The notes: generated by a model from the sequence alone, not told the origin. 32,000 bases of DNA from Deinococcus radiodurans R1 = ATCC 13939 = DSM 20539 (GCF_000008565.1 NC_001263.1:1820603-1852602), one strand, 5' to 3'; numbered from the stretch's first letter, positions 9,816 through 21,430 are shown. A program made the numbers and translations.

Positions 9816-9944
9816 TTAGAGCATTTGACGTAATAAAGACCCCTCACCCCTGCCTTTGGCAGGCCCTCTGCTTCGCAGCTTTACAAGTCTCCTCTTGGTA
9901 GAGGGTCAAACAGTGCGAGGCAATTCTTTTGTCAAATGCTAAAA
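9816..9944. repeat. MITE-like small noncoding repeat (Deinococcus SNR type), copy 1
   Basis: Terminal inverted repeats AGCATTTGAC (9820..9829) and GTCAAATGCT (9931..9940). The GACCCCTCACCCCTGCCTTTGGCAGGCCCTCT...GGTAGAGGGTCA core is shared with 22832..22940 and 31263..31468. Confidence 0.8.
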
Positions 9945-9954
9945 AGCGGTGTGC

Positions 9955-10332
9955 TCAGCTCTCAGCGGTCGGCTGCACGAACGACGCGCTGTCGTAGTAG
10001 GTGCGGAAGGCTTTGACCTGGTTGCCGTCCACGTCGATCAGGCTCACGCCCCGGTAGCTGATGGGCTGGCCGCCCTTGAGTTCACCCTCGGCGGTCCATT
10101 CCATCACACCCAGGCCGCTCTGCTCCTGGCTGTGGGTAAATTCGCTGTGGATGCGCTCGAAGTTGCCCAGGTAAGTCTGCCAGAAGTCGCGGGCGCCGTC
10201 CGTGCCCTGCCAGGTCCGGTCGGTCAGGTTGCGCAGCGTCGCGTCGGGCGCGTGGAGGGCCACCAGCGCGTCCACGTTGCCGGTGCTTTCGGCCTGTTGC
10301 AGGGCCTGCATAAACTGTTCGGTGGTCGTCAT
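9955..10332 (-). CDS. SnoaL/NTF2-like fold protein
   Basis: 125 aa. The MTTTEQFMQALQQAESTGNVDALVALHAPDATL...FRTYYD pattern is typical of SnoaL-like or ketosteroid-isomerase-like small proteins. Confidence 0.65.
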   Translation of the reverse strand: MTTTEQFMQALQQAESTGNVDALVALHAPDATLRNLTDRTWQGTDGARDFWQTYLGNFERIHSEFTHSQEQSGLGVMEWTAEGELKGGQPISYRGVSLIDVDGNQVKAFRTYYDSASFVQPTAES

Positions 10333-10508
10333 ACGGCCTACTGCACCACAGCCGCCCGCCCCCAGAGCGTATGCACGGCTACCCTCTCAGCGGCGAGTGA
10401 AGTCTGACTAAAGCCTCGCCCAGCGCCGCGTGCCCGCCGCCGCGCAGCGTGAACCCCGCTGAAGTTCCCCCTCACCCTTCCCCACCCGCGCCCTGCCACG
10501 CTCGGCGC

Positions 10509-10838
10509 ATGACCCAAGCCAAGACCTACAAAGTCAGCCGCGATGAAACCCAGCACGGCAAAGACAGCGAACACCACCTGATTGCCGGCTACAACAGCTC
10601 CATGCGCCTGTGGCACAACGAGGAGCCGAGCGACACCGCCGACAAAACCCCCCGCAGCCACGAGTACGAAACGCTGGGCTATGTCATCTCCGGGCAGGTG
10701 GAGCTGACGGTGGACGGTCAGACCCTCACCCTGAGCGCGGGCGACAGCTACCGCGTGCCCAAAGGCGCCGAGCACGTCTTCCGCGTGACCGAAACCCTGA
10801 CCGCCGTGGAAGTCACCACGCCCGCCACCAACAAGTAA
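10509..10838 (+). CDS. Cupin domain protein
   Basis: The two-motif cupin core HEYETLGYVISGQVELTVDGQTLTLSAGDSYRVPKGAEHVF is recognisable. Start at ATG 10509 within the track ORF 10449..10838. Confidence 0.7.
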   Translation: MTQAKTYKVSRDETQHGKDSEHHLIAGYNSSMRLWHNEEPSDTADKTPRSHEYETLGYVISGQVELTVDGQTLTLSAGDSYRVPKGAEHVFRVTETLTAVEVTTPATNK

Positions 10839-10853
10839 GCCTTCATTTCTCTG

Positions 10854-10883
10854 CCCCGGTACCTGCGAGTGCCGGGGGTTTTT
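10854..10883 (+). terminator. Intrinsic terminator after the cupin gene
   Basis: CCCCGGTAC (10854..10862) pairs with GTGCCGGGG (10869..10877), 9 bp with one G-U and a 6-nt loop, then TTTTT 10879..10883. Confidence 0.7.
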
Positions 10884-10886
10884 ACG

Positions 10887-11885
10887 TCACTTCGCGTTTT
10901 TCCGCAGGGCCGTGTCAAAGGGGGCGAGGTCGGCGGGGGCCGTGCGCGCATACCCTGCCGGGAGTTCCACCGCCGCCGCGCCGAGGTCTACGGCTTTTTG
11001 CAGCGTGCCCTTCAGGTCGCCGACTTTTGCCAGCGTCGCCGTCTGGAACATCAGCGGGGCGCTGAGGGCTTTCATGCGGGCGTACATCTGCGGGTAGTCC
11101 CCGCCCTGCTCGGCCACCCGCAGCGAGTTGTTCGCCAGTACGCACTGCGGCCCCAGGCGGGCGCGGCACTCGTCCATCAGGCGCAGGGTGAAGGCGAGGT
11201 CAGGCGTCACCTTGCCCGCGCTGCTCACGCGCTGGTAGGGGTTGAACGACAGGCTCACCCGCGTCCCCTTCCAGGCCCGCGCCGCGTCTATCTGGGCGAC
11301 CTGACACGCTTCGTCCAGTTTGTCAGTGTAGCCCGCCGCCAGCAGGTCACGAATCCAGGCGCGGTCGGACCCCTGGCGAATCAGCGGCTCGGCGTACACG
11401 CTGGTGCAGCCCGCCGTGACCACCTCGCGCAATTCCGGTACGGCGTCATATTTGGCCGCCAACTGCGCGTGCAACTTGGCATAGGCCGCCATGAAGTCGG
11501 GCGTCCAGAAGCGCGGCACCGTGCCCGCCGCGCCGCTCTGGGGCGAGGTCACGGCCAGCGGGGGGCCAAAGCGCGCCTTGACCCAATCCGGCGACTCGAT
11601 GCCCGCCACCACCCGCAGCTTCAGAAACAGGGGGTGCGACGGGTGCGCCCGGTTCCAGGCCCGCGCCGCCGCAATCGCCTGGTCCAGCTCGTTATTCGGT
11701 GCAATTTGCCCCGGCTGCGGCTCCAGCTCGGCCCAGGGCACGTTGACCACCCAGCCGCCCATGACTGCTGCGTACGCTGGGTCGGGCATCTTCTGGCGGT
11801 CGAGCAGGCCGGAAAGCTGAGGCTTGAGCGCCGCTGCCGGTGCGCTGAGACCGAGCAGGGCCAGCGCCGCGAGAAAAGGCTTCAT
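10887..11885 (-). CDS. Secreted hypothetical protein, possibly a glycoside-hydrolase-like TIM barrel
   Basis: 332 aa with signal peptide MKPFLAALALLGLSAPAAA. The segment VPWAELEPQPGQIAPNNELDQAI resembles the W-x-x-x-E-P-x-x-G motif of GH-type barrels. The function call is weak. Confidence 0.55.
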   Translation of the reverse strand: MKPFLAALALLGLSAPAAALKPQLSGLLDRQKMPDPAYAAVMGGWVVNVPWAELEPQPGQIAPNNELDQAIAAARAWNRAHPSHPLFLKLRVVAGIESPDWVKARFGPPLAVTSPQSGAAGTVPRFWTPDFMAAYAKLHAQLAAKYDAVPELREVVTAGCTSVYAEPLIRQGSDRAWIRDLLAAGYTDKLDEACQVAQIDAARAWKGTRVSLSFNPYQRVSSAGKVTPDLAFTLRLMDECRARLGPQCVLANNSLRVAEQGGDYPQMYARMKALSAPLMFQTATLAKVGDLKGTLQKAVDLGAAAVELPAGYARTAPADLAPFDTALRKNAK

Positions 11886-11950
11886 GGAGACAGAAGAGCG
11901 TAGAGACGTGAGATTTACCGATCTACCCGCCCCCGCGCTAGCATGGCGCT

Positions 11951-12238
11951 ATGGACATGCAGGCCCTACGGGGGCACCGACAGGCGATAGACGCCCTGGC
12001 CCGGCGTCATGGGGTGGCCGACCTGCGGGTGTTCGGCAGCACGGTCCGGGGCACCGCGAGCCCGCAGAGCGACCTTGACCTGCTGGTGCGGCTGGAAACG
12101 GGCCGCAGCCTGCTAGACCGCGCCGCCTTCCGCGCCGACCTGCAAGACCTGCTGGGCCTGCCGGTGGATGTGGTGAACCCCGCCACGCTGCACCCCCTTA
12201 TCCGGGACCGCATTCAGCGCGAGGCGCAACCGCTTTGA
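11951..12238 (+). CDS. mntA: MNT-type nucleotidyltransferase, antitoxin of a HepT/MNT type VII TA pair
   Basis: 95 aa with FGSTVRGTASPQSDLDLLV, which matches the G-S-x10-D-x-D minimal nucleotidyltransferase motif. Confidence 0.8.
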   Translation: MDMQALRGHRQAIDALARRHGVADLRVFGSTVRGTASPQSDLDLLVRLETGRSLLDRAAFRADLQDLLGLPVDVVNPATLHPLIRDRIQREAQPL

Positions 12239-12639
12239 ACGCCGGCAAGAATCCCGCCCTGTACCTCGCGCAAATGCTGGACAGCGCCGAGGTCATAGCG
12301 GAGTACCTCGGCGGCGACGTACAGAATTACCGGGACAGCCGCCTGATTCGGGACGCCGTTCACCGCAATCTGGAAATCATCGGTGAAGCCGCCAAGCGTT
12401 GCCCGGAAGCCACCCGCGCCCAATACCCCGATATTCCCTGGCGCGGCATGGCAGGCCTGCGCGACGTGCTGATTCACGACTATGACGGCACAGACCCCGA
12501 AGAAGTGGTGCCGGTGTTGACCGAGCATTTGCCCCGGCTGCGCGAACAGTTGACAGTGGCCCTGAAACGGGAAGCCTTCCTCGCCGTGCTGGACAAAGTG
12601 CCCGACGCCCCGCCCCTCCCCGGCGACGAACTCCCGTAA
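12235..12639 (+). CDS. hepT: HepT (DUF86) HEPN-domain RNase toxin
   Basis: 134 aa with RDVLIHDY, matching the HEPN R-x4-H-x-Y motif. The TTG start overlaps the MNT stop (TTTGA). The start could instead be the downstream ATG (MLDSAEV). Confidence 0.8.
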   Translation: MNAGKNPALYLAQMLDSAEVIAEYLGGDVQNYRDSRLIRDAVHRNLEIIGEAAKRCPEATRAQYPDIPWRGMAGLRDVLIHDYDGTDPEEVVPVLTEHLPRLREQLTVALKREAFLAVLDKVPDAPPLPGDELP

Positions 12640-12650
12640 CCCCGCCCACG

Positions 12651-12695
12651 CCAAGCCCCCGCCACCCCCAGAAGGGAGCCGAAGCGGGGGCTTGG
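12651..12695 (+). terminator. Long GC stem-loop after hepT, a weak terminator candidate
   Basis: CCAAGCCCCCGC (12651..12662) pairs with GCGGGGGCTTGG (12684..12695), 12 bp. Only TTT follows, after GCTTGGCG. Confidence 0.35.
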
Positions 12696-12723
12696 GCTTG
12701 GCGTTTACAGTACACTCGACCAA

Positions 12724-14025
12724 ATGACAGCAATTGTTGAACCCACTTGGGAAGAAAGGCGTACGCCGGAAGCTGCTCATGAGGATGATGCGCGCAGTCA
12801 ATACCGTAAAGACTATTCAAGAATCATACACAGTGCAGCTTTGAGGAGATTACAAACTAAGACACAAGTGTTAGGTCTAGGAGACAGCGATTTTTATAGA
12901 ACCCGCCTGACGCATTCTCTTGAAGTTGCTCAAATAGGTGTAGGTATCTTATTAGAAATTCAAAGAAGGTTCGCGGGCTCAAACATTGAAAAGTATTTAC
13001 CAGACGAGAGACTTCTAGAAGCTATATGTCTCTCTCATGACTACGGTCATCCTCCTTTCGGCCACGGAGGAGAACGTGCACTAAACTTTGCCATGCGTGA
13101 GTATGGAGGATTTGAAGGCAACGCTCAGACGTTTAGGATACTTTCCAAACTAGAAAAATACTCACAGAATTCTGGATTGAATCCAACACGTCGAACGCTA
13201 CTAGGAGTTCTAAAGTATCCTACTACCTATTCCAATTCCATGACAAACGACTTTAGGAGAGGTACAGATATTGATAAGTATCCTGATGCCGAACTTAAAC
13301 CACCAAAATGTATATATGATTGCGATCTAGACGTCTTAGACTGGGTGCTCAAAATTTTTTGCTCAGAGGATGTCACAGAATTTAAGAAGTTAGATTATAA
13401 GTGTAAACCCTTACATAAATCCTTGGATTGTAGCCTTATGGAGACCGCAGATGATATAGCATATACAGTACATGATTTGGAAGACTGTATAAAACTTAAG
13501 CTTATCAATCGCGAGATGTGGGATGCGTATATAAAGTCCGCAGATTATTCAGAGGCTACACGACTTGAGATAGAAAAATGGAATCAAAGAATATTCTCTA
13601 AAGAGGGCAATTTAGTTAAACAGGGCATAAGCAATATGGTCTACTTTTTTATACATTCGGTTATTCAATATGAGCACGAAGAACTTAGCCATCCTATTCT
13701 TAAGTACGGGTTCAAGTTAGGGGAAGAGGCAGCACGCCTTAGAAGCGCCATTCAAAAAATCATAACTAATGAAGTGATCAAGACCCATCGCGTTAGGGTT
13801 CTTGAGAGCAAAGGTCAGAGAATGATTTTTTCTATATTTGGAGAACTTGTTAGAGATCCTGAATCCTTTTTACCCAGGGAAACACTTGATAAGTACAACA
13901 AAGCCACCGGAAACCTTAGAATGCGAGTTATATGTGATTATGTTTCGGGCATGACAGACGAGTATGCTACTAAGACTTACCAGAGGTTTTTTACACCCAA
14001 ATTTGGATCTGTATTTGATGTTTAA
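12724..14025 (+). CDS. dgt: dGTPase-family HD-domain deoxynucleoside triphosphate triphosphohydrolase, encoded in a low-GC island
   Basis: 433 aa with [64 protein letters not shown] and a C-terminal [11 protein letters not shown]. All are characteristic of the Dgt family. Sampled lines 13261 and 13621 are 33% and 37% G+C by hand count. Confidence 0.85.
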   Translation: MTAIVEPTWEERRTPEAAHEDDARSQYRKDYSRIIHSAALRRLQTKTQVLGLGDSDFYRTRLTHSLEVAQIGVGILLEIQRRFAGSNIEKYLPDERLLEAICLSHDYGHPPFGHGGERALNFAMREYGGFEGNAQTFRILSKLEKYSQNSGLNPTRRTLLGVLKYPTTYSNSMTNDFRRGTDIDKYPDAELKPPKCIYDCDLDVLDWVLKIFCSEDVTEFKKLDYKCKPLHKSLDCSLMETADDIAYTVHDLEDCIKLKLINREMWDAYIKSADYSEATRLEIEKWNQRIFSKEGNLVKQGISNMVYFFIHSVIQYEHEELSHPILKYGFKLGEEAARLRSAIQKIITNEVIKTHRVRVLESKGQRMIFSIFGELVRDPESFLPRETLDKYNKATGNLRMRVICDYVSGMTDEYATKTYQRFFTPKFGSVFDV

Positions 14026-14029
14026 AAGA

Positions 14030-14055
14030 GGCAGCCCCCACCCCCGGAGGCTGCC
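14030..14055. terminator. Hairpin between convergent dgt-like gene and gcvP
   Basis: GGCAGCC (14030..14036) pairs with GGCTGCC (14049..14055). A T-rich CCTTTCCTTATTTCC stretch follows on the plus strand. Confidence 0.45.
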
Positions 14056-14075
14056 CCTTTCCTTATTTCCTTATC

Positions 14076-16925
<2,850 letters not shown>

Positions 16926-16963
16926 TTGGGGTAGCTCCTAGTCAAATTGGCAGGAAAGGGCTT

Positions 16964-17161
16964 TTATCCTTTGAAAAGTGCTTTCTGCACAGCTTCAATC
17001 CAATCTGCCGATACGGCAGGGTCAAACGGCTCACCTTGAGTGTCAAGCTGCAAATCACCAAGCAAACTGCCCACATCTTCAGATTGAGTTCGCTCGTAAT
17101 ATGCTTCCAGAAAAGCAAACATGGCGCGGTATGCATCCTGCACTGAGAGCAATTCAGACAT
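16964..17161 (-). CDS. Small acidic hypothetical protein (65 aa) inserted between gcvH and gcvP
   Basis: MSELLSVQDAYRAMFAFLEAYYERTQSEDVGSLLGDLQLDTQGEPFDPAVSADWIEAVQKALFKG. The segment is lower in GC (line 17041 is 45% by hand count). Alternative starts at 17194 (ATG) or 17218 (TTG). Confidence 0.45.
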   Translation of the reverse strand: MSELLSVQDAYRAMFAFLEAYYERTQSEDVGSLLGDLQLDTQGEPFDPAVSADWIEAVQKALFKG

Positions 17162-17244
17162 AGCGCATTTCAATCCCGAAAGCAGTTGAGCCATAAGCCC
17201 TGGCCCGAGCAGGCACAAAGCTCATGGCTCATAGCAGGGCTTAC

Positions 17245-17607
17245 TCAGTTCGCCTGCGCCTCATACGCCGCCGCGTCCAGCAGGTCGCCTTCCTCGGTCA
17301 CGTCGAGCTTGAACAGCCAGCCGCCTTCGTAGGGGCTTTCGTTGACCTTTTCGGGGCTGCCGCTCAGTTCGTCGTTGACGGCGGTAATCGTGCCGCTGGC
17401 CGGGGCGTAGATGTCGCTGGCGGTCTTGACCGATTCCACGACGGCGACGGCTTCGCCGGCCTTCACTTCGCGGCCCACTTCGGGCAGTTCGACGTACACC
17501 ACGTCGCCGAGCTGCTCCTGCGCGTGGTCGGAGATGCCCACGGTGCCGTCTTGGGTGAGCCATTCGTGGGAGGCGGCGTATTTGCGGTCGGTGGGGGTGG
17601 TGGTCAT
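17245..17607 (-). CDS. gcvH: Glycine cleavage system H protein
   Basis: 120 aa with the lipoyl-lysine motif ESVKTASD and HEWL near the N-terminus. Confidence 0.95.
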   Translation of the reverse strand: MTTTPTDRKYAASHEWLTQDGTVGISDHAQEQLGDVVYVELPEVGREVKAGEAVAVVESVKTASDIYAPASGTITAVNDELSGSPEKVNESPYEGGWLFKLDVTEEGDLLDAAAYEAQAN

Positions 17608-17652
17608 GTCAGCTTCTCCTTGAAGGGGCGGGGGCGTGAAAACAGCCTCAGC

Positions 17653-18722
<1,070 letters not shown>

Positions 18723-18893
18723 AGGGAAACTGTAAGCGACCGGCGGGGCGCACGTCCGGGCAGTATGGACGGAAACTTTCGGGGGCTTGGCCGCATACTG
18801 AAGCTGAGGCGGGCCTTTTGTCGCCGGAGCCTCCCTCCTGTCCGATAGCCCTTCTGCGGCCAGCCCTGAGCCGGCGCTTCTCGGAGGTTTCCG

Positions 18894-19526
18894 ATGAAGA
18901 CCGTACCCTTGTTTTTGCTGCCCCTGACGCTCTCGTCCCTGGCCACGGCCCAGACCTATCAGTCGGTGAACATCACCCTCAAGCAGTCGACGGGTCAGCT
19001 GCGGGTGGCGCCCAGTACAGCCACGACCCCCACTTTGGGCGTCAAAACACCGACGGTGAAAGCGGGGGTGGCTTACGTGAGCGCCAGCCACGAAACCGGC
19101 GACTGGGCCGTCGGCCTGAGTCCCCGCCTGCCGCTGGCTCTGTCCATCCGGCAGGACACGGGCAGCATGGACCTGAACCTCAGGGGCCTGCCGCTGACCG
19201 CGCTGAACCTGATGGGCACGACCAGCGATATTCAGCTGGTGCTGCCCTCGCGGAGCCTGACGGCCAACATCACGCAGGACACGGGCAGCCTGAATCTCTA
19301 TCTGCCCGCCGACACTGGGTTACAGGTGGTCATTCAGAATTTCGGTACCGGCTCCCTGGTCGTGGAGGGTCAGGAAGTGGCCTCGGGGATAGCCCTGACG
19401 GGCACGTACAAGACCGCCAACTACGACAGTGCCCGCAACAGGATTACGCTGAATCTCAAAATGACGACTGGAGACGTGAAGGTCTTCAAACCCGGCGCCC
19501 CCGCGCCTCGGCTCAATACGAAATAG
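18894..19526 (+). CDS. Secreted beta-rich protein, DUF4097/toast-rack-like putative adhesin fold
   Basis: 210 aa with signal peptide [19 protein letters not shown]. Repeated segments of the type [27 protein letters not shown] and TTGDVKV are present. Confidence 0.55.
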   Translation: MKTVPLFLLPLTLSSLATAQTYQSVNITLKQSTGQLRVAPSTATTPTLGVKTPTVKAGVAYVSASHETGDWAVGLSPRLPLALSIRQDTGSMDLNLRGLPLTALNLMGTTSDIQLVLPSRSLTANITQDTGSLNLYLPADTGLQVVIQNFGTGSLVVEGQEVASGIALTGTYKTANYDSARNRITLNLKMTTGDVKVFKPGAPAPRLNTK

Positions 19527-19622
19527 GCCAGTTCGGTGAAGCGGCGAGGGGCCGAGGGGCATGCACTCAGTCGGTTTGCACGGCCCCCCGCTCGTTCCAA
19601 CACGCTGCTCTAGGCTGCGGCG

Positions 19623-20149
19623 GTGACCCCCTCTTTGCTGCTGGCCCTGCTCCCCCCGCCCGAACTGAGCGAACGCCTCCTGAGGTTCCGCGACGGGCAT
19701 GGCGTCCGGGACGCGGCAGCGTGCCGCACATCACGGTCAAGGCCCGCAGTGGGCTGGGTGAGACGGTGAGTGAAGTGGCGCGGGCGGTGGCCGAGAGACA
19801 GTCTCCCGTGCGGGTGGAGGTCGGCGGCCCGCGCCTTTTTCCCAACGGCTCGGCGCTGTATTTAGCGGTGCGGAGCCCGGAGGCGGTGCGACTGCATCTG
19901 GCCCTGCTGGACGTCCTCCAACCAGCACGGCGCTTCGGCTACGAGGGCCCGCAGATGACGCCGCACCTGACGCTGGCCCTCGCCCGGCGCGGGATAGCTT
20001 TGCCAGAGCTGCTGGCCGACGCTCAGAAAGAATTTGCCGACCTGGCGCGTGAGTCCTTTGTGTTTACCGCCCATACTCTCACGCTAATGGGGAAGCCGAG
20101 GCCAGGCGGGGTTTACGCGCCGGTGGAAGCGTTCCCGTTGCAGGGCTGA
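19623..20149 (+). pseudogene. 2H phosphoesterase (LigT / 2'-5' RNA ligase-like), with an apparent 1-nt frameshift near 19720
   Basis: From GTG 19623 the N-terminal strand VTPSLLLALLPPPELSERLLRFRDGHGVRDAAA is in one frame and stops at 19767..19769. The rest, VPHITVKA...TPHLTLALA with both H-x-T-x motifs, is in the frame of track ORF 18818..20149. Confidence 0.65.
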
Positions 20150-20682
20150 ACTCCCCGCTCCGTCGCCACCCAGCCCACCCGCACGTCGTGCGCCTCACCG
20201 GGCAGTTCAGGCAGCAGCAAGGCGGACCACACCACGCCGACGAGCAGGCCCGCATACCCCAGCAGCAGGCGGTCATAAAAGCCGCCGCCGTAGCCGAGGC
20301 GAGTACCGTGCCTGTCAAAGGCGAGGCCCGGCAGCAGCACGGCGTCCACGCTGCCGAGCGGCAGTTGCGGCGCGGTGGTGGGCGGTTGCAAGTACCCGGC
20401 GCGGCTGACCTCGGTGGCGGTGGCGTAGGGATGCAGGGTGAGATGCCGCTCAGGCCTGAAACGGGTGCGGGTGGTCAGCAGCTCAAAGTCGGCTTGCAGG
20501 GCTGACACGTCCGGCTCGCCCGGCAGCGCGTGGTAAGCAAGCACCCGACGGGCACCCTGCGCGTGCAGAAAATCTCGCAACGCCTCCACTACCGCTGCCG
20601 AGGCGTCCGGCTGCTCCCGGCGCACGGCGAAGGCCCACTCGCGCCACTCGGCTTTGGGGGCGCCGGGAAAGGGCCGCGTCAT
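20113..20682 (-). CDS. 5-formyltetrahydrofolate cyclo-ligase
   Basis: 189 aa with [23 protein letters not shown], matching the MTHFS G-x-G-x-G-x-Y-D signature. Confidence 0.85.
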   Translation of the reverse strand: MTRPFPGAPKAEWREWAFAVRREQPDASAAVVEALRDFLHAQGARRVLAYHALPGEPDVSALQADFELLTTRTRFRPERHLTLHPYATATEVSRAGYLQPPTTAPQLPLGSVDAVLLPGLAFDRHGTRLGYGGGFYDRLLLGYAGLLVGVVWSALLLPELPGEAHDVRVGWVATERGVQPCNGNASTGA

Positions 20683-20683
20683 C

Positions 20684-21430
20684 TCAGCGGCGGCGGCCCG
20701 TGACGAACCACGCGGCGGCGGCGGCGAGGAAGCCTACGCCCACGTAGCTCCAGAGGTTGGGGCCACGGTTTTGCTGCACGACCACCGGAGTGTTGCCGGG
20801 CGCGCCGCCGGGGTTGACGTTGTTCACCACCACGTCCGGCCCGTCGAGGGCGTCGGCGACGCTGCTCACGGCGGTGAAAATCAGCGCGTATTTCAGGATG
20901 TCGTAGCCGATGCCGTGCTGGCGGTAGTAGCTCTGCGGGTAGGGGTAGTAGCGGCCCGGCTCCAACTGGTAGCGGTACTGGCTGCTCGGGGTGGCGCTGT
21001 AGGTGATGGCATTGCGCGGCACCCCGGCGGGCAGCTTGACACTCTTCCAGTTGTTGAGCTGCGTGGGTTTGACCTGGGCGGCGGCGGCGCGGTTGGCCGC
21101 GTTGTTCGCCACCGTGCGGTTGCTCGGCAGGGTGCTGCGCTGCGTGGTGCTGGGCGTGCGGGTGGTGCCGGACCCGGCGGGCGGCGCGGTGCGCGGGCGG
21201 GTGTAGGTGCTGCCCGAGGACGAGTTGGCGGGCGGCGTATATCGGGGCGTGGACGGCGTGCGGTAGGTAGGCGTGCTGGGGGAACGGTAAGACGGCGAGC
21301 GGTACGACCCACCATAAGACCCGCCCGAGCTGCGGCTGCCGCCAAACCCCCCACCGCTGCGGCGGCCCGCATCGGCCAGGCCACTGCCGAGGGCCAGGCC
21401 CGTTAGAAGAAAGACGAGAGCGCGTTTCAT
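20684..21430 (-). CDS. Signal-peptide protein with an S/P/T/R/Y/G-rich low-complexity region and a C-terminal hydrophobic anchor
   Basis: Start at the internal ATG 21430 ([21 protein letters not shown]). Contains [43 protein letters not shown]. The C-terminus reads [23 protein letters not shown]. The stop is 1 nt from the MTHFS start. Confidence 0.55.
   Translation of the reverse strand: MKRALVFLLTGLALGSGLADAGRRSGGGFGGSRSSGGSYGGSYRSPSYRSPSTPTYRTPSTPRYTPPANSSSGSTYTRPRTAPPAGSGTTRTPSTTQRSTLPSNRTVANNAANRAAAAQVKPTQLNNWKSVKLPAGVPRNAITYSATPSSQYRYQLEPGRYYPYPQSYYRQHGIGYDILKYALIFTAVSSVADALDGPDVVVNNVNPGGAPGNTPVVVQQNRGPNLWSYVGVGFLAAAAAWFVTGRRR

Noticed and set aside
18818-19620. First ~270 codons of the 443-aa plus-strand ORF 18818..20149
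   Set aside because: It overlaps, out of frame, the better-supported secreted-protein gene 18894..19526. It is Gly/Pro/Arg/His-rich. Only the last ~143 codons (LigT-like catalytic part) look genuine.
20113-20149. 37-nt convergent 3'-end overlap between the LigT-like gene and the 5-formyl-THF cyclo-ligase gene
   Set aside because: Short convergent overlaps are common in compact high-GC genomes. No structure or additional signal was seen there. The overlap may also shrink if either C-terminus is mis-set.
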